Shown piece after piece: positions 55,501-64,000 of a stretch of DNA of 64,000 nt (its first letter is position 1; the number at the start of each line of letters is the position of its first letter). The stretch is from Oceanispirochaeta sp. GTDB lineage: Bacteria > Spirochaetota > Spirochaetia > DSM-2461. A program made the translations under genes and the position numbers. A model generated the notes under the pieces. That model ran no database searches. It saw only the letters and a program-made list of their open reading frames with translations, and was not told where the DNA came from. The stretch covers positions 832,001 to 896,000 of the forward strand of contig CAXXXD010000004.1 in the NCBI GenBank assembly GCA_963663385.2. The letters run 5' to 3'.

Positions 55501-58354
55501 CGTGGATCACCAGAATATCAATGATATAAGCGTCGTTTCATACGACCGAGCGGGAAACAGCAGTTCTCCTGCAACAATGGAGCTGGTATTGGATACTATG
55601 CATCCTACTGCTGTCTCCAGCATTGGATCACTAACCCTTATTCATGATGATACCAATGATACTGGATTATCAAACTCAGATAATATTACGAAAAATACAA
55701 GTCCGAACTTTTATGTGAGTGTAACCCATGGAGGAGAGTTAATACCCGGTACATCCGATACACTCTGGGTTGAATTAACCACAGATCAGAATTCTGTTGC
55801 TCCATCAGTATTGTCTCAAACTACATTTTTAGCCAGTGGAACCCTTACAATTGGGGGGACACTGGATGAGCATAATTCTCATAATCTGACTGCTACTCTT
55901 TATGATGCAGCAGGTAACGATCTGATTACTGGTCCGGCAACATTTGGAACGGTGAAGATTGATAATACAGCTCCCTCTGTGAAATTGGATACGTTTACTC
56001 TGCAATCAGCATCAGATACTGGTCAATCTCCATCAGACAGAATTACAAATGATACGACTCCGACTTATAACTATGGTCTAAGTAGTTATTCAGAAGCTTC
56101 GTATATTGTATTGACAAGAGATGGCGGTACTTATGTTAATAAAGAAGAAGCGGATAGTTCCTCGGGAGGATCTATTACAACCTCTGCATTGAGTGGAACC
56201 CCCTCAACTCAATATGATTTGACTGCGACAATTTATGATATTGCCGGAAACAAAGCAACAGGTCCGAATGATTTGACGCATAATATTACTATTGATACTG
56301 TCTTGCCCACAGAGTCTATTTCACTGGATTTGCCGGACGGTTCAGATAGCGGGAACTCTCAAACAGATAACACTACGAATGTGACAGCTCCTGGTTTAAA
56401 TATTGTTCTAAGCGGTACTACACAATCTGATTATTATGTCGAATTCTCTTCAAACGGATCCGGGGATTCTATTAACGATCTGGATATTGCAAACGGTTCA
56501 TCTGGAATTGTTACGCATAGTGCCACTCTCTCTTCAGGAACTCAGGGATTACGGACAATTACCGCAACTCTAAAAGATATCGCCGGTAATCCCCACGCGA
56601 CAGAGCCAACTCTTGGCATTACTTTAGATACTCTAGCACCAGCCATGTCTTTGACTCCATTTATTCTTGATCCGGGTTCTGAAAGTGGATCAGATTTAAA
56701 TGATGGCATAATAAATGATGATACTCCATCATTCCAATATACTATTGGTGGTACTGTGGATCCCGGTGGAAATTATATTCGTTTAGTCTCCAATGTTGAA
56801 ATCCAATCAGGTGGATATGAGATGATTGAGGAGACATTTGCTGCTGCAGGTGGTCCCAATTCAATTACCTCTGCCGCTCTGGACGAGGGGGGGCAAACTG
56901 TCACAGCTACAATTTATGACATAGCAGGTAATGCTGGATCAGGTACGAACAATCAACCAGTTGTTCTATCAATCGATACAGAAATGAATGAAGAATGTTC
57001 CTCGATTACCCTGAATTCGGATACCGGCGTATCCGGTTCGGATGGAATAACTAATGATAAAACACTTGTTGTAACGCTTGATGGAGCCGCAACCGAAGCC
57101 TATACGGTCAGTTACTCCTCAACCGGAACCGGAACCTTCCCCGATCTGGCCATTGCAAACTCCACTTCAGGTCCCTATTCCTATACTACGGCAACCATGG
57201 ATGACGGAGCCCATACCATATCCGCTGTCATGAAGGATGTCGCCGGTAATACCTCTTCTCCGTCAGATCTGGTTATGACCCTGGATACGGTCAGTCCCAA
57301 GCTGATTGGCACGGATCCTATTGACTGGGTAGATGCCGGCAAGGATTATCTGACCATGACGTTTACGGATGATCTGGATGCCGGAGTTGTCAGTGGAACA
57401 ATCAGTGATCCTGATCCTTCAATGGCTCCTGATGATATGGGTGAATTGTCATTTTCTGATCCATCCTCGTTCATCAATTTGACCAATTACAAAGCTGAAT
57501 TCAGTACGAATTACACAGTTATTAAAATCACTGCTTATAACACGGGAGGTTCTCAAGTGAATTTTTCCGGTACTGAAGACAACATCATTCTAAATTTCAC
57601 AAGTGACTTTACTGATATTGCCGGAAATTCCCTGAAAAAAGCCGACGGAACAACCGATTTAACAAGTCTTGATTTTAGTATTGCAAGCGGAACTGTTACA
57701 ATAAATACGGGGGGGATTGTAGGTGGTTTACTCAAGCCGGAAATTACTTTATCAGAGTTGGAAAAATCTACCACTCCATCGATCTCTCTTGCCTCTGGCT
57801 ATAACAGAAAGGAGACCCCGACTGCTGTTCTACCAGATAAACCATCTGTCACCCCAGAAAAAACAGAATCAGAACAGCAAACAGACTCCGTTATCCCCCT
57901 GACTACCCGCCGTCATAACGATGTTGTCAAATCCACCCTGCCCGCAGCTGCCGCACCACCCCCGCAGACCGTCTTCCTCCCCTCCGTGGAGGAGTACAAC
58001 CGCATCAACCGGGAAGCCCTGCAGTTTATGGAAAAGGTGGAAGAGACCAAGCAGACCCACGAAGAGCTTATTGAACAGATCCGCCTGCCCGGACTTTCCC
58101 GGGAAAGCCTGAAACGGATGGACAGTCTGCTTGATCCGGTTATCCCCGAAGTGGAAGTTCTGACCATCTATTCCAGTCCCGTTCCGCTGGCTGTGGAGAC
58201 ACCTGTGGAACTGGCTGTGGAAGAGCTTGTTCTGATCAGTGAAGAAGCGCATCCGGTGAGCTACCTGCTGATTCATATTTTCGTAGCCGCTCTGATAGCC
58301 CTGATAACAGGACTCTTTCTGCTGGCTATGAAACGCCTTCAAAGGAAGGAATAA
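52592..58354 (+). CDS. Giant Ig-like-repeat lipoprotein/adhesin-like protein with C-terminal TM anchor
   Basis: Lipobox TFISC (C26); 10 DxAGN motifs and about 8 SD(T/S)G..S..D.ITN-type motifs; Pro-rich linker; TM + KRLQRKE. Confidence 0.85.
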   Translation: MIIKSIILKNIILLLSAVILLTFISCPQPLSDDDVVAAQDDLAPSIVIFTPSDSDIYYSSVDFTLSVTDDAESAEDNKGDLASISFDISNDDLRGGKVLIDPEGVQTQDASFGPDQIVYDAASGTASFSFSTIEPNIMSGLMSITIKAEDRNGNITTETITLADSEGPWLEYTITDLATNEERSYTEDTTIRLEGTLGNSEEDQETADQITHISWSVLGKAWSGTLEIDQDATYKDPGTGETLNYYNEPLARYERLNEGVVYPELFIYDPETRTFSTEIAIPFGAGTVLPFEVTVTDLNEHESTLTINAFSNESGPEIVINYPTNDSVAYYSGQDHGSGTYYANAITGFINGGTADLASLKYSITNSVGDKTYTSGNIMDTAFSGSNDFSVDISAGLAATVDSGNASNPIAPGDGTITVTLIAINDDNNESRPKVTLSEDSTGPSVSISSFVCNVGSTGYAKNGDSVTLSCTASDAISGSTVNASAAVINGSAATLSGLTATSSPLTGVSDGNLAYSMTVVDHLNNATTVTQASGGSHQVMHYAGDPDATHLEGSGLTSTDADATYSGYAVAGENIYVDMDFDRVITGISNISTGSFTPSVTMNYGGDSSKARITLVRSDAVQGIPANFSFDVTDAAGNVTSVGEGNSIDQGDVTGGLVIYDAVAPATPAGLDLDAADDSSLAGYIGSDSDNYTSSSSGLTISGSGETGSVLTLTSSIDGSVFTNTVAGGAWTTADTLSLSEGTHSLTARAVDPAGNVSGTSTALSLTIDTTPPAAPGSIHLNPASDTAGGAGTTSDRITSLDTVTFDDGGGDGAMTSPDSGLRYILYKESVRQTGSIQIDTVDGDWSKSATLTNNEDYVAYNYQLKAVDLAGNESLTSADITIYHDDVAPGAPGLALDSTDDTGISDSDGITNQLSGLTIRGSLTDNDTQERVYITAANRDTTLSIAGWNGSFDDESGAAWSFSGSLNSVDHQNINDISVVSYDRAGNSSSPATMELVLDTMHPTAVSSIGSLTLIHDDTNDTGLSNSDNITKNTSPNFYVSVTHGGELIPGTSDTLWVELTTDQNSVAPSVLSQTTFLASGTLTIGGTLDEHNSHNLTATLYDAAGNDLITGPATFGTVKIDNTAPSVKLDTFTLQSASDTGQSPSDRITNDTTPTYNYGLSSYSEASYIVLTRDGGTYVNKEEADSSSGGSITTSALSGTPSTQYDLTATIYDIAGNKATGPNDLTHNITIDTVLPTESISLDLPDGSDSGNSQTDNTTNVTAPGLNIVLSGTTQSDYYVEFSSNGSGDSINDLDIANGSSGIVTHSATLSSGTQGLRTITATLKDIAGNPHATEPTLGITLDTLAPAMSLTPFILDPGSESGSDLNDGIINDDTPSFQYTIGGTVDPGGNYIRLVSNVEIQSGGYEMIEETFAAAGGPNSITSAALDEGGQTVTATIYDIAGNAGSGTNNQPVVLSIDTEMNEECSSITLNSDTGVSGSDGITNDKTLVVTLDGAATEAYTVSYSSTGTGTFPDLAIANSTSGPYSYTTATMDDGAHTISAVMKDVAGNTSSPSDLVMTLDTVSPKLIGTDPIDWVDAGKDYLTMTFTDDLDAGVVSGTISDPDPSMAPDDMGELSFSDPSSFINLTNYKAEFSTNYTVIKITAYNTGGSQVNFSGTEDNIILNFTSDFTDIAGNSLKKADGTTDLTSLDFSIASGTVTINTGGIVGGLLKPEITLSELEKSTTPSISLASGYNRKETPTAVLPDKPSVTPEKTESEQQTDSVIPLTTRRHNDVVKSTLPAAAAPPPQTVFLPSVEEYNRINREALQFMEKVEETKQTHEELIEQIRLPGLSRESLKRMDSLLDPVIPEVEVLTIYSSPVPLAVETPVELAVEELVLISEEAHPVSYLLIHIFVAALIALITGLFLLAMKRLQRKE

Positions 58355-58355
58355 A

Positions 58356-61300
58356 ATGGCTTCCTGGATTAAATACCTGGCCCTCCTGGTGCTGTTAACC
58401 CTCGTCGGGTGCGGCCCGGGAGAGGATCAATCCCTATCTCCCGAAGATAAAACGGTAGACATGGCAGATGAATCCGTAACCGAAAAGGAATTCGTCCCTC
58501 CTGCCGATCTGCAGGAGCCTGCGGATAAAACGGATAAACCGGAACAGGTGGATACTCCCCGGGAGATCCCGGAATCGGAGCAGCCTGAACTTGCAGACGC
58601 GGATGAACCTGCCGGTCCGATGAAGTCTGCGGAAAAACCTGTTCTCCCTGAATTGGCGGATATTCAGGAGAATCTTCCCGGAGAGGCTCAGTCAGAACCT
58701 GTTCAAACGGAAATACTGATTCCCTATCATAGAACCGCCTACCATGCGGTGCCGCATGATTTTAAACTTCCCGCGGAACTTAAGGATGCCACGGCAATAC
58801 TTCCTGTTCCCCTGAAACCCCTCTCTTATCCTCTGGGAGGGCGGGAAGAGATGATTATACCTGTTGTCAGCGAAGAATTGGCTCTCGTTCCCGACCGGAA
58901 GGAGGACTTGGTCCCTCAGCCTGAACAGAAAATAGACCCTCCCGCTCCCGAGCCGGAAAGGGACGTCTATATTGAACCGATACCTGTTGATGAGGGCAAG
59001 GCAGTGCCTGTTCCGGATGAAAAACCGGAACCGGCTGCCCCGGTCGAACCCGAGCCGGATACGGGTATAGCCGTTGTTGAGTCTGAAGGAATTACAGAAC
59101 CGGAAGTCGTGGCTGAGACTGTACCGGAACATGAGGTGGTGATAGAACCGGGTGTTATTGTCATTCTTGAACCTGAACCTGAACCTGAACCTGAAGTAGA
59201 AGTAGAAGTAGAAGTAGAAGCAGAACCAGTAGTTGAAGCAGAACCAGTAGTTGAAGCAGAACCAGTAGTTGTCCCGCCCGCCGTCTCTCCGGAACCGGTA
59301 ATCGCAATTGAACCGGAAGAAGCGGAAGAGCCGGAAGTCGTTCTGGACACAGAACCGGAAATGGCAGCCGAACCGGAGGAACAGCCTGCCCCTGTGCCGG
59401 AAATTATCTATCCCGGCCCCTGGCTGACCATCGATTCACCCCGGGATAACTCCTACTACCGTTCCAGCTTCCTGTTGAAAGGATTCAGCAGTCCCTCACC
59501 CGAAGCTCCCGAGGAGACCCGGGATATCAAGTCCATGACCTGGCGGATGGATGCTCTGGGGGATTATGATAACACCGTATTCCTTGAAGAGGACGGCTCC
59601 TTTGAACTGGATGTTTTTACCGCCGGCCTGGAAGGTCCCCATCAGCTGGTCCTTGTGACCGAGGATTTCGGCGGGCGGGAAACCAGGCAGGTATTTACCC
59701 TGAACGACGGGAATCAGCCGCCTCAGATTGTTCTGGAGTATCCGGGCGCTGACGGACTTTACGGCAGTATGCTCTCCGTAATGGGAAATATAAAGGATAT
59801 GTACCGGGGGATCCCCGAACTGGAAGGGATACAGCGCCTGTCCTACAGCCTGATCCCCCGTGACAGGGATACAGACGATACGGTTTTAAGCGGTGACGTT
59901 CCGGTGGAAGCGGACAACTCCTTTCTTTTTGCCCTGGATATGGAAGAGCGGTCGGGTAGGCAGTCCCTCCGGCTGGACGCGGAAGGAGTCAACGGTTCCG
60001 TGGGGACCCTGGAAATCTCTCTGGTTCCGGGAGGCAGCGAGATCCCGTCTTTTACCGTAAAGCCGCAGGACGGCCGTCTGATCTTAAGCTGGGAACCTGT
60101 TCCCGGTGCGGAAGAACAGACTATCTATCTGACCGATGACGGATCCCTTCCTTCAGATAATGCCCCGGGGAATCAGTTTTCCGGAGTTAAGTCCCCCCTC
60201 GTGCTGGGAGGTGTTTATAACGGACGCCACTACCGGGCCAGACTGAAGGTCGAAACAGATGGACGGGAGCACTGGTCCCATGTGGCCGAAGCGGTCCCTC
60301 TGGCTCCGGGCACGCTGGAGCTGAAGGCGGAAGGCCGGTTTGAGCAGATCCTTCTTACCTGGAAGGCCGTGCCGGGGGCCTCCTCTTTCCGGATTTTCAG
60401 AAGGGAGGAAAATGAAGAGGATTACACCCTTCTGGAAGATCCTGTGGAGGGTACTTCCTATGTGGATGCAGCGGTTGAATTCGGCTGTAACTACTACTAT
60501 AGAATAGAACCCTCCGGGATTGCCGGGCCTCTCAGCTATGAAGTTCCTGCGGCCATGCTGGAAGCGCCCTCCGAAAAGATAACCATGTCCTCCCACTACA
60601 GGGATATAAACGCTGTCAAACTGACCGTATCAGGCGAGTATGCCTATGTTGCCGCCGGTGATACGGGGTTTTACATTATGGATGTCTCCACCCCTCAGAA
60701 ACCGGAAACCATCGGGCACATGAGTATACCCGGGGTGGAGGATGTTTTTGTTGATGGCGAGTATGCCTACCTGGCCGCCGGGTCTCATGGTTTTTCCCTG
60801 ATAAATATTGCCGAACCGACCCGGCCTTTTACTGTCCTGTCCAGGGCAACAGATAATGCGCAGGGAATAGCCGCCCGGGAAAATATTGTATTTATTGCCG
60901 ATGGCGAGCGGGGGCTGCAGATTTTTGATATCACAAACCGGCAGGATCCCCGGCGGCTGGGAACCTTCCGGGATGCCCCTGCCTATCAGCTGGCCCTGAA
61001 GGATGAGAAGCTTTATGTAGCCACAGGAAACAAGGGACTGATTGTCCTGGATATCAGTAACCTGTCCGCGCCCCGTCTGCTTCAGGAGTATGCGGATACG
61101 GCTGTCTTTGATGTTATGTTCCGGGCCGGCCGGCTCTATCTGGCCTGCGGAGAGGAGGGGATGATCATTCTGGATGAGAATCCGGAGGGCGATCTGTTTG
61201 AGCTGAGTCGTTTCCGCAGCCATAATGCCCGTATGGTCAGGCTCTGGGAAGACTATGCCATGATTGCCGATGGTACCGGGGGGATGAAAGCCGTTGATAT

Positions 61301-62324
61301 CTCCCTGCCGGAAAAGCCGCAGCTTTTCGGAAGTTTCCCCGGGAGCGATACTCTGTCTATTGCCATGGCCGAAGACTATGCTCTTATTGCGGATGTTTCC
61401 GGCCTGAAGGTTGTAAGGACCTACCTGTACGGCCAGTCTGTTCATGAACTGTCTCTTGCTACGGCAGGCAGGGCATACGGTGTGATGCTGGAAGGGACTT
61501 CCCTCTGGGTTGCTGACCGGAGAGGCGGCGTTGCCGAATACGATGTTTCCAACCCTCCGGGACTGGATGAGGGTGCTTTGAAACGTGTCTTCCCATCAGA
61601 TTATGCCGAGGATCTGCTGTTGAAAGACGGGAGGCTTTATGTCGCCGATGGCCCGGCAGGGGTTAAGGTGTATGACCGGAACAGAGAGGGGAATCCTCTG
61701 CTGGCTTCCATGCCTGTATCCGGACGGGCCAGACGTATTTTGCCCTACGGTTCATCTATTGCTGTTGTGACAACCGGAGACGGCGTTATGTTTCTGGATG
61801 AAAAGAAAAAAGACGGGGTACTGTCCCTGCAGATGTCCAGGCGAATTTACTATCCGGATGTAAGGGATGCCGCTTTTTACGGGTCCTATCTCTTTATAGG
61901 AGATAATGAAGAGGGTCTGATAATAATGGATGCCGGGCTGGAAGGGGCTCCTGTCACACTTGATATCCTGTCCGGGTACGAAGGAATACGGCAGCTGATG
62001 ATCCGTGGGGATGTGCTCTATGTTCTGCACCGGAGGGGGATCTCCCTGCTGAATATCAGGAATCCCGAACACCCTGTTCCGCTGAGTGATATTCAGACCG
62101 GCGAGGCCGAAGGGATGCAGATGGCCGGTTCCATGCTTTATGTGGCCCGGGGGTTCCGGGGGGTTGCCATATACCGGATTAATGAAAACCATCAGGCTTT
62201 GAAAATTTCAGATTGTGAAGGTATTTTTGCTGTGGATGTGGCCCCCGGAGGAGCCTATGCCTATTATGCCGATATGGAAGGAATCGGTGTTATCCGGGTT
62301 CTGGTTCCCGACTGGCTGGAATAG
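58356..62324 (+). CDS. Lipoprotein with Pro/Glu-rich stalk, Ig and FN3-like domains and LVIVD beta-propeller repeats
   Basis: Lipobox LVGC (C19); EP/EV-rich region; LSWEPVPGA/LTWKAVPGA FN3-like; many YAYVA.G..G..I.DVS.P repeats. Confidence 0.87.
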   Translation: MASWIKYLALLVLLTLVGCGPGEDQSLSPEDKTVDMADESVTEKEFVPPADLQEPADKTDKPEQVDTPREIPESEQPELADADEPAGPMKSAEKPVLPELADIQENLPGEAQSEPVQTEILIPYHRTAYHAVPHDFKLPAELKDATAILPVPLKPLSYPLGGREEMIIPVVSEELALVPDRKEDLVPQPEQKIDPPAPEPERDVYIEPIPVDEGKAVPVPDEKPEPAAPVEPEPDTGIAVVESEGITEPEVVAETVPEHEVVIEPGVIVILEPEPEPEPEVEVEVEVEAEPVVEAEPVVEAEPVVVPPAVSPEPVIAIEPEEAEEPEVVLDTEPEMAAEPEEQPAPVPEIIYPGPWLTIDSPRDNSYYRSSFLLKGFSSPSPEAPEETRDIKSMTWRMDALGDYDNTVFLEEDGSFELDVFTAGLEGPHQLVLVTEDFGGRETRQVFTLNDGNQPPQIVLEYPGADGLYGSMLSVMGNIKDMYRGIPELEGIQRLSYSLIPRDRDTDDTVLSGDVPVEADNSFLFALDMEERSGRQSLRLDAEGVNGSVGTLEISLVPGGSEIPSFTVKPQDGRLILSWEPVPGAEEQTIYLTDDGSLPSDNAPGNQFSGVKSPLVLGGVYNGRHYRARLKVETDGREHWSHVAEAVPLAPGTLELKAEGRFEQILLTWKAVPGASSFRIFRREENEEDYTLLEDPVEGTSYVDAAVEFGCNYYYRIEPSGIAGPLSYEVPAAMLEAPSEKITMSSHYRDINAVKLTVSGEYAYVAAGDTGFYIMDVSTPQKPETIGHMSIPGVEDVFVDGEYAYLAAGSHGFSLINIAEPTRPFTVLSRATDNAQGIAARENIVFIADGERGLQIFDITNRQDPRRLGTFRDAPAYQLALKDEKLYVATGNKGLIVLDISNLSAPRLLQEYADTAVFDVMFRAGRLYLACGEEGMIILDENPEGDLFELSRFRSHNARMVRLWEDYAMIADGTGGMKAVDISLPEKPQLFGSFPGSDTLSIAMAEDYALIADVSGLKVVRTYLYGQSVHELSLATAGRAYGVMLEGTSLWVADRRGGVAEYDVSNPPGLDEGALKRVFPSDYAEDLLLKDGRLYVADGPAGVKVYDRNREGNPLLASMPVSGRARRILPYGSSIAVVTTGDGVMFLDEKKKDGVLSLQMSRRIYYPDVRDAAFYGSYLFIGDNEEGLIIMDAGLEGAPVTLDILSGYEGIRQLMIRGDVLYVLHRRGISLLNIRNPEHPVPLSDIQTGEAEGMQMAGSMLYVARGFRGVAIYRINENHQALKISDCEGIFAVDVAPGGAYAYYADMEGIGVIRVLVPDWLE
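59169..59270 (+). repeat. In-frame tandem repeats (GAACCT)4-(GAAGTA)4-(18-mer)3
   Basis: Encodes (EP)4(EV)4(EAEPVV)3; the 18-mer is GAAGCAGAACCAGTAGTT. Confidence 0.9.
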
Positions 62325-62325
62325 G

Positions 62326-62751
62326 CTATACCGGTTTCATATCCGGGTCCTGTGCCGGGTTATGGGTTTTCATATATTCGTGTTCTTCTCCCACATGTTC
62401 CATATACTGTGCAAACGTCCATTTCAGGGCGGTTTCCGTAATCATGGCAAAGATAATGTCCTGAGGACTCTCCGAAACGGATTTTACAGCCCGCATTATG
62501 GCTACGGCCCTCTCTTTGGAGTAAACGGCCATAAAGACGAACCGTGTCCCTTCGGTCAGGGCCTTTCCTTTTGAAGCATTGCCCCTGAACAGTTCCTCCA
62601 GTACCTCTTCAACTACCCGTTCTGTCATATCTTCTTTCAGGGGGGCAAATGTCGTTTTTATTTCTTCCCCGCTATTTTGAGTGAGGGCCTCCAGGCCGCA
62701 GGCAGCCTGCTCTTTTGAAAAACCTTTTAAAATACATAGTTCCTGTATCAT
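62326..62751 (-). CDS. DUF3783-like hypothetical protein
   Basis: C-terminal IFAMITETALKWTF...EH..EEH pattern. Confidence 0.65.
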   Translation of the reverse strand: MIQELCILKGFSKEQAACGLEALTQNSGEEIKTTFAPLKEDMTERVVEEVLEELFRGNASKGKALTEGTRFVFMAVYSKERAVAIMRAVKSVSESPQDIIFAMITETALKWTFAQYMEHVGEEHEYMKTHNPAQDPDMKPV

Positions 62752-62826
62752 GTCAAATCCTTTGAATAACCTAATAACAAACAGTAATGCTTCCGGTTAC
62801 TTAATGCCAGTGGAAAGAAGGGAAAT

Positions 62827-62855
62827 TTGACCTTGCCCTTTCCAGTCAGTATTTT
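62827..62855 (+). promoter_or_regulatory. Candidate sigma70-type promoter of clpB
   Basis: TTGACC-17 bp-TATTTT. Confidence 0.35.
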
Positions 62856-62883
62856 TAAGGAAGACCGATGATATGGAGGGGCT

Positions 62884-64000
62884 ATGGCTCAGACAAATTA
62901 TACAGTTAAAGCGCAGGAAGCTATTGCAGATGCTTCCAGGCAGGCTCAGAAATACAATCATACACTTATTGACGAAGAACACCTTCTCCTCTCTCTTCTG
63001 GAACAGAAAGAGGGGGTTATCCCGCCTCTGATGGACCGGCTGGGAGCTCCCAGGGCGGTACTGGGAGATGAACTGGTGGATCTGCTGCGGAGGAAACCCC
63101 GTGCTTACGGGGACAATATAGAAGTAAGCGCTTCTCCGGCTCTGCGGAACCTCTTCCGTCTGGCCGAGCAGGAAGCTTCCAATCTGAAAGATGAGTTCGT
63201 ATCCACCGAACACCTTCTTATCGCCATGGCAGGCGGACACGGCGGCGGCGGAGGGCTTCTGCAGAAACACGGTATCCGGAAAGACGGGATACTGCAGGCT
63301 CTTGTCTCCATCCGCGGTTCCCAGCGGGTCACCAGCGAAACTCCCGAGAACCAGTACCAGGTTCTGGAACGTTACTGCCGGGACCTGACCGCTCTGGCAC
63401 GGAAGGAAAAACTGGATCCGGTTATCGGTCGGGATGAAGAGATCCGCCGGGTGATGCAGGTGCTTTCCCGCCGGACAAAAAACAACCCTGTGCTGATAGG
63501 GGAACCAGGAGTCGGCAAAACGGCTATTGCCGAAGGCCTGGCCAGACGGATCGTGGAGGGGGATGTACCGGACTCCCTTAAGGACAAGAAACTCCTGGCT
63601 CTGGATCTGGGAGCTCTTGTGGCGGGAGCAAAGTTCCGGGGTGAGTTTGAAGAACGCCTCAAGGCTGTTATTCAGGAAATTACGGAATCCGATGGACACA
63701 TCATCCTGTTTATTGATGAACTGCATACCCTGATGGGGGCGGGAGCGGCCGAAGGGTCTACAGATGCGTCCAATCTTCTCAAACCGGCCCTGGCCAGGGG
63801 GGAACTCCGTACCATCGGCGCCACGACTCTGGACGAATACCGTAAACATATTGAGAAGGACCCCGCCTTCGAAAGGCGCTTTCAGCAGGTTTATACGGCG
63901 GAGCCCTCTGTGGAAGATACCGTCACCATTCTGAGGGGAATCAAGGAAAAGTACGAGGTACACCATGGGGTGCGCATCAGGGATGATGCCCTCCTAAGCG
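62884..64000 (+). CDS. clpB: ATP-dependent chaperone ClpB, 3'-truncated by window edge (absent from the ORF track)
   Basis: Hand translation [13 protein letters not shown]..., Clp N repeats, [62 protein letters not shown]. Confidence 0.93.
   Translation, partial: MAQTNYTVKAQEAIADASRQAQKYNHTLIDEEHLLLSLLEQKEGVIPPLMDRLGAPRAVLGDELVDLLRRKPRAYGDNIEVSASPALRNLFRLAEQEASNLKDEFVSTEHLLIAMAGGHGGGGGLLQKHGIRKDGILQALVSIRGSQRVTSETPENQYQVLERYCRDLTALARKEKLDPVIGRDEEIRRVMQVLSRRTKNNPVLIGEPGVGKTAIAEGLARRIVEGDVPDSLKDKKLLALDLGALVAGAKFRGEFEERLKAVIQEITESDGHIILFIDELHTLMGAGAAEGSTDASNLLKPALARGELRTIGATTLDEYRKHIEKDPAFERRFQQVYTAEPSVEDTVTILRGIKEKYEVHHGVRIRDDALLS

Noticed and set aside
54480..57640. Periodic GCCGG(T/A)AA-type motifs suggesting a CRISPR array or DGR repeats
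   Set aside because: They are the DxAGN codons of roughly 100-120-aa Ig repeats, diverged at DNA level; no cas or reverse transcriptase gene in the window
62760..62883. Heat-shock operator (CIRCE or CtsR box) before clpB
   Set aside because: No TTAGCACTC-N9-GAGTGCTAA; only one TTTGACC half-site, better explained as a -35 box
62797..63966. 389-aa minus-strand ORF
   Set aside because: Antisense shadow of clpB, which is on the + strand from 62884 and runs off the window

Overview
A 64-kb chromosomal window, probably from a free-living anaerobic spirochaete (inferred from the spirochaete-like L28 with a KKGGAGxHI insert, many lipobox proteins and a TroR/DtxR-type regulator; no database search was run). 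Housekeeping content: RNase II-family gene, PlsC-like acyltransferase, gpsA, a WcaJ-like phosphoglycosyltransferase, alkaline phosphatase, a xanthine-dehydrogenase-family molybdoenzyme, a TPP-riboswitch thiBPQ transporter, Rrf2-cysK-metY, nth, pyrK-pyrD, rpmB, tRNA-Pro, tRNA-Arg and the 5' part of clpB. An AT-richer accessory block (about 30.2-41.7 kb) lies 3' of the tRNAs. It holds a hybrid sensor kinase, lipoproteins, a GAF/HD-GYP protein and an effector-less STAND-like ATPase, but no integrase. The best candidate for an undescribed system is the tightly coupled 12-kb envelope operon at 50403-62324. Gene 1 is a predicted outer-membrane beta-barrel fused to a transglutaminase-like Cys-His-Glu domain and TPRs. 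Gene 2 is a 1920-aa Ig-repeat lipoprotein that also carries a C-terminal TM-plus-basic tail and has a low-GC central cassette. Gene 3 is a 1322-aa lipoprotein with related Ig modules and LVIVD propeller repeats. Other notable items are a GT4-histidine phosphatase fusion, an IlvY-like/NrpR regulator pair and a SRAP protein lacking its conserved Glu. No CRISPR array, rRNA, transposase or integrase was seen. All family calls come from motifs read by eye.
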